In this document: positions 22,616 through 32,378 of the stretch, one piece after another | Position numbering within the stretch: position 1 is the first letter of the stretch | Layout: each line of letters opens with the position of its first letter | Source: an uncultured delta proteobacterium | GTDB lineage: Bacteria; Desulfobacterota; Binatia; UBA9968 | NCBI GenBank assembly: GCA_963745835.1 | Contig: CAVUZH010000022.1 | Location: 256,001-320,000 of the forward strand | Length of the DNA stretch: 64,000 bases | Reading direction: 5' to 3' | Made by a program: the position numbers and the translations under genes | Notes under the pieces: generated by a model | What the model was told of the DNA's origin: nothing | Database searches by the model: none | What the model saw: the letters and a program-made list of their open reading frames with translations, nothing else

Positions 22616-22796
22616 ATAGTGGTATAGGCCGGGCCGTGATCACAATGCTTATCGGACGAGAAGTGCTTGACAGAATTTTTTGAAAAAAGGGATATTACTA
22701 CCAGCGACTAAACTGTTGACTCGTTTGTTCAATTTCTTGATCTTACGACAACAAACAACTGTCCTACGGAGAAGGGCAACTATCATAGGAGGTTTT

Positions 22797-23276
22797 ATGA
22801 CATCGCAGGTTCGTACGGCTTTGTTATCCTTTATCCTAACACTGAGTGGCATCCTGACCGTAACCCCTTACGCCGACGCTGATGGCGGCTGCTTTCAGGG
22901 AACCTACTTTGTCAGAGAGAGCAGCGGCACGCAGAGCCTATGGACGTTTTCACAAGATGGTACTTATCAAAGCGCCAGCTCGGCGGAAGCGGCCCGCAGT
23001 TTTGGTCACATACAGGGTGCCTGGAAAAAGACCGGGGCTCGAGAACTGCGCTCGACAGGTTTGGCGTTTACTTTTAGTGGCGGCAACGGCGACGTAGGTG
23101 TTCCGCCGCTTCGGACCGCTCGGGTTGATACCGTTATGTCATTCACAAATAAATGTGCGGAGGTGGAAGGAACCTTTCAGGTTCGCTTCTTTGGCCCGGA
23201 CGACGATCCCGTCTCGGAGCCCGGCGAGTTCGTTTTTTCCGACACCTTTACCGGGCGGCGTGTCACGGTCAATTAG
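22797..23276 (+). CDS. Secreted hypothetical protein (probable beta-barrel)
   Basis: AGGAGG RBS, signal peptide, beta-rich GTY...FSQDGT...GAWKKTG pattern and two Cys. Confidence 0.65.
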   Translation: MTSQVRTALLSFILTLSGILTVTPYADADGGCFQGTYFVRESSGTQSLWTFSQDGTYQSASSAEAARSFGHIQGAWKKTGARELRSTGLAFTFSGGNGDVGVPPLRTARVDTVMSFTNKCAEVEGTFQVRFFGPDDDPVSEPGEFVFSDTFTGRRVTVN

Positions 23277-23365
23277 TTTCGCTGCAAGTGCTAAGTTCTA
23301 CGGCTCGCCACTGCTGCTTCACCGCGGCGTAGTTGACCTCAGCGGTCATTAGGGTCTGGCATAAG

Positions 23366-23466
23366 TTATTGTCTTGTTTCCACTGCAACCATCCAGTCTG
23401 AGCCATCTCCTGCTGGAGACCGCGCGTCAAGGCAAGTTTAAACGCTTGAACATGAAGTGAGCCGTA
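23366..23466. repeat. Imperfect direct repeat (partner at 33558-33671)
   Basis: TTATTG..TGTTTCCACTGCAAC and TTT.A.CGCTTGAAC.TGAA.TGAGCCGTA are shared by both copies; the middles differ. Confidence 0.55.
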
Positions 23467-23549
23467 ACTGAAAGCGGTCAAGATCGTTAGCGATCGTCCG
23501 GCGCTCTTCGAAATCGGATGGGACTTCCGGGGTCGGAAGTGGCGCCGCC

Positions 23550-23672
23550 CCTTGGTAACGTGCGGCCTATTGTTCTGCTTCTCTTCGAACTGGGCGGTTC
23601 GTATATATCCTTCGCTCTATCGCCACACCCCACGAGCAGCAGGAGCAGGCACGCCGGAAGAAGTCTTCGCAT
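23550..23672 (-). pseudogene. Truncated lipoprotein gene (TPR-like N-terminus)
   Basis: Lipobox LVGC, then frameshifted YE/TAQFEEKQNN; cut off at the hairpin ACTTCCG-GGGT-CGGAAGT (23523-23540). Confidence 0.5.
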
Positions 23673-23876
23673 GAAATTCTGCTAATGGTTGGTGCGCGAG
23701 ACTTACACTCTGAATTGTGCAATCAGGTCGTCCTCGGGATCGACCCCTAGACCCGGTCTCTGCGAAACTTCACTCCCCCGTAGATACAGGCACGGTCTTG
23801 GCGAACGGAGTAGCGCCGCCACCGCTATCTCGGCTTCTGTTGACGGTTGCTGTTTGGTCTGTCAAAGGCTTGATGT

Positions 23877-24209
23877 ATGCGGCTACCCAATGGAGATCGA
23901 GCGGACCTCGGGACAAAGCTTGAGGACTATGTGCTGACCCTCGTCACCGAGAGGGGCGGCATAAGGCACGGCTTTTTGAATCGGCGCTTGGTATTACGCT
24001 AGCGAATACCGGTGTCTTACGTCAGGCGATTTTTTCGGCAGCCGAGAATTCAGCGGACGCTGAACCGTTCGGAAACAACGGGCACAGAGAGCTTTACGTT
24101 CTGCGGTTTGCGTTAGAAACGGAGAAAGGGAGCGGGACGGTTTTGACGGCGTGGATTGTCCGAGGACGGCGAAGACTTTCCGCGCCTGGTAACTTGCTAT
24201 ATAGTCTAA
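23877..24209 (+). pseudogene. DUF6883-like putative toxin, frameshifted
   Basis: Joined frames give MRLPNGDRAD...KLEDYVL/PRHREGRHKARLFESALG...TAWIV...FPRLVTCYIV. Confidence 0.7.
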
Positions 24210-24211
24210 AT

Positions 24212-24457
24212 ATGCTTGACGAAATTAAAATGCACGACGTGATCGCATTGTGGCAAGATCTGCGAACGAAGCACTTTGAGAGCGGTCGGGTTTTGCTTTT
24301 ACGCCGAGGGCAGATCGGCACCGTTGTGACGAGCTACCCAGACGGCGCGTACGACGTCGAATTCGCCGATCGCGACGGTCGAGCGTTTGCGATTTTATCC
24401 CTCCGGCCCGAGCAGTTGATGGTTCTCCGCGACCACCCCGATTTCGCTGCGGCATAA
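24212..24457 (+). CDS. DUF4926-domain protein (putative immunity/antitoxin)
   Basis: IKMHDVIAL...LRRGQIGTVV...AYDVEFADRDGR; starts 2 nt after the DUF6883-like gene. Confidence 0.8.
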   Translation: MLDEIKMHDVIALWQDLRTKHFESGRVLLLRRGQIGTVVTSYPDGAYDVEFADRDGRAFAILSLRPEQLMVLRDHPDFAAA

Positions 24458-24557
24458 GGACCCCTGTAGACCTGCCGCGGGCTGAAGTGTAGATTTGCAA
24501 TCCGAGCGCAGTCACTTAATATCTACGCCGCTATATCCATCGACTGTTTTCTTAGTG

Positions 24558-25043
24558 ATGCTCACGAAGCTCCGATTCTCAACCATACAGACCGGTCTCG
24601 TACTCTTCTGGGCGATCTGGCTGAACCTCGTAACGCTCACGAACTTCGCTGATGCGATGAGGCAGCTGGACGTGCTCCCCAGTGATTTCAAGCTCGCCTC
24701 TTACAATTTTGATCTTGTGAAGAAGACGGTCGGCGCTCATGGGGTACCAACGAGCGTCGCGGGCGTGCTCTTCGCCGGAGTTATTTTGTGGGAGTTGCTC
24801 GGCAGCATCCTGTTCTGGCGTGCATGGCGAGTTATGCGGCGTGACGGGAACGGCGCGGCTGCAGAAGTCGCGCAAGCGTTTGCAGTCAGTCTCGCTCTGT
24901 GGGCTGCCTTTCTAATTGCCACGGAGGCGACGGTGAACTACGAGACCGCCGCGACGCACAAGACAACCCTGATCGCGCAACTTGCAACCCTCCTCGTGGT
25001 TCGCGCCAGCGCTTCGCCCACGAAGTCTGAACAAGCGGACTAG
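24558..25043 (+). CDS. Hypothetical membrane protein (about 4 TM)
   Basis: Open frame with multiple hydrophobic helices. Confidence 0.6.
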   Translation: MLTKLRFSTIQTGLVLFWAIWLNLVTLTNFADAMRQLDVLPSDFKLASYNFDLVKKTVGAHGVPTSVAGVLFAGVILWELLGSILFWRAWRVMRRDGNGAAAEVAQAFAVSLALWAAFLIATEATVNYETAATHKTTLIAQLATLLVVRASASPTKSEQAD

Positions 25044-25099
25044 CTGACTTCAGGGGAGCGTGTGACTTTCCGACTACGCCCTTCTCTGCCTATCCTCCG

Positions 25100-25630
25100 C
25101 AACGGTATAAATTCTCGTCAGCTTTGATTGCAGTCGCATGGTAATGTTCCTCCGAGAATGCACCGGAGCGTCCTTTGCGCTGATTTGTATTCTTGCGCAC
25201 TGCGGCCAGCGATCAGCTGCATGCTATCGGCGATAACCTTTGGACCGGTGTCTCTAATCAAAAACTGAACGTGGTTGCAGGTCACTATGTAATCACGTAC
25301 GGCCAGACCGAAGCGCTTCTTCGCTTCGAAAACTCAGCGCAAATACGACTGCCGATCGCAGCTTCCGAGGTAGCTGAAGGTCAGATCCCTATCTTAATCA
25401 AAGGTCTTGAACGGAGCGCAGCGATTGACCGATTGAAAGTGCCTTCTCTGCATTGGTGAGTGATGTGCCAGAGGTAGCCCGGCAAGAAATGGCGATTCGC
25501 GCGCGGCATCGGATTCGTTAGGAGTCGCTTTTCGGCATCAAAAAAGCCAGTCTAAGCGCATAACCGATGCCTTTCATGACAACTTAGATTAGTCAATCAA
25601 GAACTTGCCTTGGTCCCACCCGGAAGTGGC
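25100..25630 (-). mobile_element. RAYT element, 5' partial duplicate (ATG 25509 plus upstream end)
   Basis: Near copy of 26960-27396 plus 28762-28830. Encodes MPRANRHFLPGYLWHITHQC and contains the empty IS256 target TCTAAGCG (25551-25558). Confidence 0.85.
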
Positions 25631-25752
25631 AATACAAAAGGCGATCAGGAAAATGCCGCCCAACGACGAAGGCGAGTTAGTAGAGTTAGGCAAGTCTGAC
25701 ACGTATCTCGTGACATTCGATCCAGCACAAGTCGCTCCGGTCCTCGCCATTG

Positions 25753-26208
25753 CTAGTCGTGACTCACCTTGTGGAAAACGATCCTGCTCACTGGCGTCCC
25801 GTTCAGTGTGGTCGTATTCTCGATCATCGCGCCGTTGCCGACGAGCTCGTACCGAACGCGCAAAACCACCAGCGCGCCGGTGTTGGAGCATGCGATAGTC
25901 AGGCCGTTGCTCTGTAGCAAGTTCTTTTCCACCACTACGCCATCGGCGAAGCTGATGAAGCCGCGATCGGTCCCATCACACAGCGTGAGGGCGGTGTCGC
26001 GCCCGGCCAGCGCAAACATCCCGTTCTCCAGTTGTACGAGGCTGCGGCGCGAATCACCTCCGTCCAGCGGATCGATGCCCATCCAGTACCCCTGAAATCG
26101 GAGGCCGGTCTTTCCCGGCGGCTGCACCGATGGTGGTTGCGCCCAGAGGCGCGCGGCGAGGACGAGTCCGAGAACAGTAACAGTCAAGAGAACGGGACGA
26201 CTTTGCAT
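25753..26208 (-). CDS. Secreted hypothetical protein
   Basis: AGGAGG RBS, signal peptide, FQGYWMGIDPLDG and two Cys. Confidence 0.65.
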   Translation of the reverse strand: MQSRPVLLTVTVLGLVLAARLWAQPPSVQPPGKTGLRFQGYWMGIDPLDGGDSRRSLVQLENGMFALAGRDTALTLCDGTDRGFISFADGVVVEKNLLQSNGLTIACSNTGALVVLRVRYELVGNGAMIENTTTLNGTPVSRIVFHKVSHD

Positions 26209-26471
26209 GTTGAAAAACCTCCTGCCGAAACGGCATCGTTTGTAGATCGAATGTTACTCAAGTTTTTGCGTCCTCGACTTCCAGTTCATGGCCCTTATTT
26301 AACGTGGTTAGCCAACCCACCGATACAGTTTTCTATGTCTGACTTTACGCGGCGTCAACAGAAAAATTTCATGGCTTCTTAGTGGAGTACAGTGTGACCT
26401 TGATCGCCGTGCCGTGCTTAGTTTCTTCAACAACAATCTTGGCGTCGGGACCGGCAGTTTATGGAACTCCT

Positions 26472-27348
26472 GGGTCGGACTAAGCTAAGTCGCGGTAACT
26501 TCAGAATTCTCGTTCCAAAATCTAGTGTTTTCCGAGCTTAGCACCTCGTCGTTTTTACGGCTAAAATTGGGCCATAAGCTTCACTCTGCTCCCGGATCGC
26601 ATATGTGCCGCTCTCATCAATAACTTCGCGACGCGAGCCTTTCAATCCGAGTTCGCTCTTCATCTTCGTAACAAAGTTCAACTTGCCAATCGCGATCGCT
26701 TCGGACCAACGACCTTCTCTCACCATCCTCACACGGGTGAGAGAATCGTCTATCCACCGACCGTGTGCTAGCTGAAATTCCGCGATCTCACCAAATCCAC
26801 ATAACGGACTTAACTCCCGGAGATGAATAATCCCGTACCGCTTCGGTGGATTCTGAATCTCTCGACAACCAGCATGTGTCCAATTATAGGGCTGCCTAAC
26901 CACTCCGGCGCGAACCATGTTCAGATCGATGTAAACAAGACAACGTTGCAGGTGCTCGTTAGCCTCGACGGCCGTGGCATGATAGCGGTCTTCCCAGAAT
27001 GCGCGGTGCCGTCCTTTGCGCTGATTGTATTCTTGCCCACTGCGGCCAGCGATTGGCTGCATGCTATCGGTGATAACCTTTGGACCGGTGTCTCTAATCA
27101 AAGGTGAACGTGATTGCACGTAACGATGTAATTCAGGACCGCTAGACCGCAACGCTTCTTCGTTTCGAAAAGCCAGCGCAAATACGACTGCCGATCTCAG
27201 CTTGCGAGTTAGCTGAAGCTCAGATCCCTAACTTAATCAAACGTCTTGAACGGAGCGCAGCGATTGAGCGATTGGAACTGCCTTCTCTGCATTGGTGAGT
27301 GATGTGCCAGACGTAGCCCGGCAAGAAATGGCGATTCGCGCGCGGCAT
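26472..27348 (-). pseudogene. REP-associated tyrosine transposase (RAYT, IS200-like Y1), frameshifted and carrying an internal repeat insertion
   Basis: MPRANRHFLPGYVWHITH, HUH motif NHVH, FWEDRYHAT and YIDLNMVRAG. The element ends GGGTCGGACTAAG (26472) and CTTGGTGCGACCC (28811) are imperfect inverted repeats. Confidence 0.85.
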
Positions 27349-27396
27349 CGCGTTCGTTAGGAGTCGCTTTTCGGCATCAAAAAGCCAGTCTAAGCG

Positions 27397-28753
27397 GAGC
27401 TACGATCAAAGAGAGTGGAAATAGGAAATAGGTGGCGTACCCTTTCGTAGAGTTTAAACGAAAGGCTGCCTGTTGGAGCAGGCAGAGAAAGGATACGCCG
27501 GTGGAAGAGAAACATATTGGGGGAAGCGAATCAAAGGAAATTTTCTATGCGGAGTTGGAGCAGTTTGCGCGGGAGAAGATCCGGGGGCACTTGCAGGATT
27601 TATTGGAGCAAGAGGTGAGGGAATGGCTGGGGCGGGAGAAAAGCGAGCGCAAGGTAAAGGCGGTGGAGCAGCCGGGTTATCGCAACGGCTACGGCAGGCC
27701 GCGGCGATTGGCGATGAGTTTAGGGACTATCGAGATCGAGCGGCCCCGGGTGAGAGATTTGAGCGAGCGATTTAAGTCCAAGGTGCTGCCGATGTTTAAG
27801 CGTCAGACCCAAGAAGTGCGAGATCTGATGCCGGAGCTCTATTTACACGGACTGGCCAGCGGCGATTTTGAGTTGGCATTGCGCCATTTGTTGGGCGAGA
27901 GGGCTCCGCTATCGGCCAGCTCGCTACAGCGGCTCAAGGAGAAGTGGCAAAACGAATATACGCAGTGGACAAACGTGCCGATCGAGCAAGCCCGTTGGGC
28001 GTACTTTGGGCCGATGGGATCTACGTCAAAGCGGGGGTGGGCAAGGAGAAGGCGGCGTTGCTGGTCGTGATCGGAGTAAAGAGGGACGGTAGCAAGTGTT
28101 TTTTGGCGTTGGAAGCAGGCTACCGGGAGAGCAAGGAGTCGTGGGCCAGTGTCTTACGTCAGCTCAAAGGCCGCGGGTTAAAGCAGCCCCGGCTCTTTGT
28201 TGGCGACGGCAATCTGGGGTTATGGGCGGCGGTGAGCGAGGTCTATCCCCAGGCTCAACAACAGTTGTGCTGGAATCATAAGATGCTCAACGTGATCGAC
28301 ACGGTGAGTCGAAAAGAGCAGAGCCAAGTCAAGCGCCATCTCCAAGCCATGATGTACGCCGAGAGCCGCGAACAGGCGTTAGAGGAGCGAAAGAAATTCG
28401 AGCAAGCGTTTCGGCACAGTCCCAAGGCGATCAAGACGGTGGTGGAGAACTGGGAGCGGCTCGTGACGTACTACGACTATCCCCGCGAGCATTGGAAACA
28501 CCTGCGGACATCGAACGTGGTGGAATCGCCGTTTTCCCGGGTGCGGCTCCGAACCGCAGCCTCGAGGAGATTCAAGTCGCAGCTCAACGCGACCTGCTTG
28601 ATCTGGAAGACGCTCATGGTGGCCGAGATGAGCTTTAGAAAACTCAATGCGCCAAACTTGGTGGACCAAGTCGCGCGCGGACTAAAGTGCAACAACGGTG
28701 CAGAGGTGAGGGACGCTGCTTAGTTCTTTTTACACTCGATTTGACAACTGCTC
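27397..28753 (+). mobile_element. IS256-family insertion sequence
   Basis: Imperfect TIRs GAGCTACGATCAAAGAGAGTGGAAA / GAGCAGTTGTCAAATCGAGTGTAAA. 8-bp TSD TCTAAGCG at 27389-27396 and 28754-28761. Confidence 0.93.
27501..28723 (+). CDS. IS256-family transposase (one frameshift near 28005)
   Basis: YRNGYGRPR, RPRVRD, LYLHGLASGDF, then WADGIY, ESKESW, VGDG, QLCWNHK and RTSNVVESPF. Confidence 0.9.
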
Positions 28754-28836
28754 TCTAAGCGCATAACCGATGCCTTTCATGACAACTTAGATTAGAAATC
28801 AAGAACTTGCCTTGGTGCGACCCGGAAGTGGCGCCG

Positions 28837-29757
28837 CCATACTTTAACTTACAAACGCCATAGTGATTTCAGTTTTTGTAAAAGTTCTTTTTGCCGGTCG
28901 TTGATTATGGCAGGCGTCCATTCTTTTTTGTTTAAGACCTGCGTAGTCAATACGAAAGGGGAAATACCTTTTTTTGTCGCGAATATTTGTCCTTTTTCTT
29001 TTCGAAATCGTAATTTTGTGCCTCGGCATTCTTTTTTCGCGATAACAAAGCCAAATTCCCTATGCGATGAACGTACTGCTCTCGCTCTTTGTCGATAGGA
29101 AACCACTTAACCCATACACTGGACTTGTTCGGGTTTTGCGGGAGTACATGCTCGACAGAGATGATTGGGGTAGTCGTAAACCGCCTCCGCCTGTGCAAGC
29201 GAAGAGTCCAGGCGTAGTAGAACGTATTGCCGAATTCTTTTCATCAGGTATAGATCTCCATTCAACGTCTCCATGATTCGTCTGGCCTCATCGGTAGTTA
29301 ACTGAAGGGGCGAGGCCACTTCCTGTAAATTGCCTCCTGTTTGAATAGCCGTAAGACGCCGACCATACCGTTCAATCCTCTCATTGATATCTGCTCGCAA
29401 GATCATTAAACCCGCTGCCAACCGTTCAAGGTCAGAAAAAAATTGCTTCAGTTTCTCCGGCGAGTGACGATTCTGAGATAGGTAAACAATCGCTGGCGGA
29501 ACCCAATCAAAATTATCGATCTGATTTAGCCATCGAAATAACGAGTTTACTGCTTCAGCACCTCTATCACTTTGATATGTGCCGGTTTTGATGATCTGTA
29601 AGGCGTCTGAATAAGGCTTTAGGATCTCGTCGATAAATTTTTGTGGCTCGTTCTGTGGCTGAATATACTTTCGAAACTCATTGAGCGCCGTTTCCCGTAG
29701 TTTAGCCTTGCGGTAAATCATCCGTATATGGCGAACAACTTTTGCAATCGCATCCAA
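28837..29757 (-). pseudogene. GmrSD/DUF262-DUF1524 restriction endonuclease C-terminal fragment, frameshifted
   Basis: SVEHVLPQ...HRIGNLALLSRKKNAEAQNYDFEKKKDKY (DUF1524 HNH-type). No DUF262 N-terminus; lower GC. Confidence 0.8.
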
Positions 29758-29805
29758 CCTGGCGTTGATGATTAATCAACGTCAACAAACCAGAAGGAGA
29801 ATACT

Positions 29806-29961
29806 ATGCAAGCAGCTGAAGAGATGGCAAAAGAGATCGTTATTGCCTTATTAAGTAAGGTTGCAATGCAGGGCTCTTATCTTAAAACTGAGGCAAAGCC
29901 CTTGGGTGATACCATCGCTCAGATATATAGCCGTGTGCTGGAAGAGGTAAAAAAGATATAG
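29806..29961 (+). CDS. Small hypothetical protein (51 aa; not in ORF track)
   Basis: AAGGAG RBS; MQAAEEMAKEIVIALLSK...IAQIYSRVLEEVKKI. Confidence 0.55.
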   Translation: MQAAEEMAKEIVIALLSKVAMQGSYLKTEAKPLGDTIAQIYSRVLEEVKKI

Positions 29962-29968
29962 CACTACG

Positions 29969-30433
29969 GTGAAAGCATTCTTCAAGGACATCCTGCGGAT
30001 CCCAACGGGAATACTCTTAGCGATTACCGTCAGTTTCGTAGTTCAGGGAACCGCCATCTCAGCGGAATCGAAACCGGTTTCCCCTGAAGTTGAGGCGCAT
30101 AGGCAGAAAGAAGCCGCACTAGTTGAGACCTTGAAGAAACCCGTAAACTGCAAAAACATGGGGTTTTACGATGACGGCGATCTCTATTGCTTTCTCAGCT
30201 TTCGCGGTCTTGAGCTTAATTTTGCAGGAGTAAACGCCAAAAATGACGGGACCATTTACGTAACAGCTCTCGGGAAAAATCAGACTGTTAGTTCCTTGGG
30301 GAGTCGTTGCTTGGAGATCGCCTTTGGTGACAAAGATCTGCGGGGGGTGATTGAACTCCACATCCTATTTCGGGATGACGGCGTGATTACACATAAAAGC
30401 GGCAACAAGCTGGCTTGGGCTGAATGCCGTTAA
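29969..30433 (+). CDS. Exported hypothetical protein, Cys-containing
   Basis: Signal-like N-terminus, 4 Cys, open 154-aa frame. Confidence 0.55.
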   Translation: MKAFFKDILRIPTGILLAITVSFVVQGTAISAESKPVSPEVEAHRQKEAALVETLKKPVNCKNMGFYDDGDLYCFLSFRGLELNFAGVNAKNDGTIYVTALGKNQTVSSLGSRCLEIAFGDKDLRGVIELHILFRDDGVITHKSGNKLAWAECR

Positions 30434-30532
30434 GCGTCGCACAACCTGCATTATGCGACGTAGCCAAAACAATTCAGCCAAGGCGTACATAAACTTGCCT
30501 ACTAAACCGAAACAGAGTATATTTGCCGGCGC

Positions 30533-30790
30533 GTGGAAATTATAGCAATCGTCACAAAGATCGCGCTCGCCATAGGCGTAATATACGGCGCCGTGAAAGG
30601 GATTATCCCACTCCTCCACTGGCTCCGTGCCCGGACGTTGATTAAGCTCGAAGAGCTTAAAAGATTGAGAAAAATCGAGACCGAATACAAAAAATATGAA
30701 GTACTAATAGAGCAGCAAAAGGTGCGAAACGTCGAAGTAGCAGCTCATGTGCATAGAGCTTTGGCGGACAGGGTAACGGCAGAAAATTGA
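30533..30790 (+). CDS. Hypothetical TM + coiled-coil protein (phage-like)
   Basis: N-terminal hydrophobic helix followed by a charged coiled-coil. Confidence 0.45.
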   Translation: MEIIAIVTKIALAIGVIYGAVKGIIPLLHWLRARTLIKLEELKRLRKIETEYKKYEVLIEQQKVRNVEVAAHVHRALADRVTAEN

Positions 30791-30860
30791 CCGCCCTACC
30801 TCGTTCCGGGTATCATCAAACCATTATTTTTTGGCTCAACACTTTTTTAAGCGACCAGAC

Positions 30861-30892
30861 GAAAAAGCCCTCTCACGAGGGCTTTTTCTTTT
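30861..30892. terminator. Bidirectional intrinsic terminator
   Basis: GAAAAAGCCCTC-TCAC-GAGGGCTTTTTC-TTTT between convergent ORFs. Confidence 0.8.
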
Positions 30893-31002
30893 AACCTTAC
30901 ACGGGTCAGAAATTAACGGCCTAGGTATTCGACAGCCGGGCGCAACAGAACATACAGGTATAGTGAAATCCAGAATGCTGGGCGCACAAGACGGGGCATG
31001 GT

Positions 31003-31158
31003 TTATTCGGTTACTGGCTTGTTCGGGACAGAGTAGACAATTAGTGCGCTGATAGCGGCTCCTCCGACGATCACTAGAAACTGTTCAAGGGTCGTTTCGG
31101 GGCCGATACCGTACTGCGCCAGATAGGGCATCACAAAGGCGGTACCAGTGCTGCCCAT
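31003..31158 (-). CDS. Holin-like small membrane protein (51 aa; not in ORF track)
   Basis: ...QFLVIVGGAAISALIVYSVPNKPVTE; lies directly downstream of the lysozyme-like gene. Confidence 0.45.
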   Translation of the reverse strand: MGSTGTAFVMPYLAQYGIGPETTLEQFLVIVGGAAISALIVYSVPNKPVTE

Positions 31159-31179
31159 GCTTTTGATGCTGTCATTTAA

Positions 31180-31765
31180 TCATTTTTTTGGCGGATAAAA
31201 GACCTTTAAAGCAATGACTTGATAATTGTCGCTTTGGGAATATTCAACCCGTGTGACATAATTTATCTTTTCAAGTTCCGGTGAGCTGGAAGCGTAAACG
31301 CGGATAAATTTCTCGATCGTCATCTCCGGCCTGCAGTACGGAACCATCCTTCCTGTCATTGCCGATCGTAAAAGCCTGAGTGGCGCTTGCTTGCCTAGGC
31401 TGTAGGTCGGGAATTTTGCAAATCCGTTTAACCCTCGAATCGAACCATACACCGTCTGCCATTTCGAATATTTGAGACAACCGGGATTGTTGTACTTCAT
31501 CCCCCAGCGTCTTCGGATCATTGTTATGCGTCTCCACCTTCTCCATGGCGCGGCCGAGCTCTTCAACTCGGGATTTTTTCGGGATCGCGACGGGTTTGAA
31601 TGCTTCCAGACTAATCCGTCGCATCTGTTTTGGGCTAGGGCGTTTCTGTTCTGCTCGCGGAGTCGGATGAGATGGGACAGCACGGCCCACTGGGGATTGG
31701 GCTGTTCCCCTGAGCACCGATGAGATCGCGAAGGCTATCGGCCGGAGCGTGCCGCGCATCGGCAA
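31180..31765 (-). pseudogene. Phage lysozyme-like/cell-wall hydrolase remnant (frameshifted)
   Basis: Joining ORFs 31271-31765 and 31180-31683 gives AMEKVE...KYNNPGCLK...GFAKFPT...TIEKFIRVYA, the NNPG-type lysozyme-like pattern. Confidence 0.55.
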
Positions 31766-31829
31766 TATTCTTGGGCACCTTGAGGCTGGCCGCGGTGGTC
31801 GATATGAGACCAGTACGGATAGGGTCTTC

Positions 31830-32085
31830 CGTAAGCGGTAAACTTTGCTCCGGTGTCTGATCCTGAAAATTCTTACGAGTTTCCGACCATCATTAATCTC
31901 ATAGACCGCTCTGTAATCGCCGATCCGGATTCGCCAGTCGTTCTTGGAGCCGACTAACTGTGGCAGCCAAATGGGCGTGGATTGTCTGCGAGCGCTTTAA
32001 TGCGAGAAACGATACGGTGGAAAAGAGGAGTTGGCAGGGGATTTAGATCGCGCTCAGCGCTACGTTCTGTCAGGACCTCATACAC
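31830..32085 (-). pseudogene. RelE/ParE-family toxin (one frameshift)
   Basis: VYEVLTERSAERDL...LADNPRPFGCH/LVGSKNDWRIRIGDYRAVYEI...IRHR; overlaps the antitoxin stop. Confidence 0.8.
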
Positions 32086-32284
32086 CAGCAGAAGCCTTTA
32101 GGAAGTCTTCAAGCTTGCGGAATTTGAGCGGTCTCTTCCTCATTGCCTTTAGCGCCTTGAGGTCTTCCGCATCTTCTACTCGTTCAAGCAGTTCACGATA
32201 CTCCTCAATGCCCAAAATGACCGCTGTCGGCTTTCCTCCGCGCGTCACTATTTCAGGATCTTTTCTTTTTCGTTTGGCTTTCAT
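32078..32284 (-). CDS. Phd/YefM-family antitoxin
   Basis: PEIVTRGGKPTAVILGIEEYRELLERVEDAEDL. Confidence 0.85.
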   Translation of the reverse strand: MKAKRKRKDPEIVTRGGKPTAVILGIEEYRELLERVEDAEDLKALKAMRKRPLKFRKLEDFLKASAGV

Positions 32285-32378
32285 CAACATTCACCCGAGT
32301 TTTCACAAGAGGACCATTGTCATGAAATTCCTTCAGATGATTAGTGTGCCACTGGGTCATGAGCGCTCGAAGCCCTGG

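Noticed and set aside
29764-29779. FNR-like box TTGAT-GATTA-ATCAA
   Set aside because: The spacer is 5 nt rather than 4; there is no supporting context.
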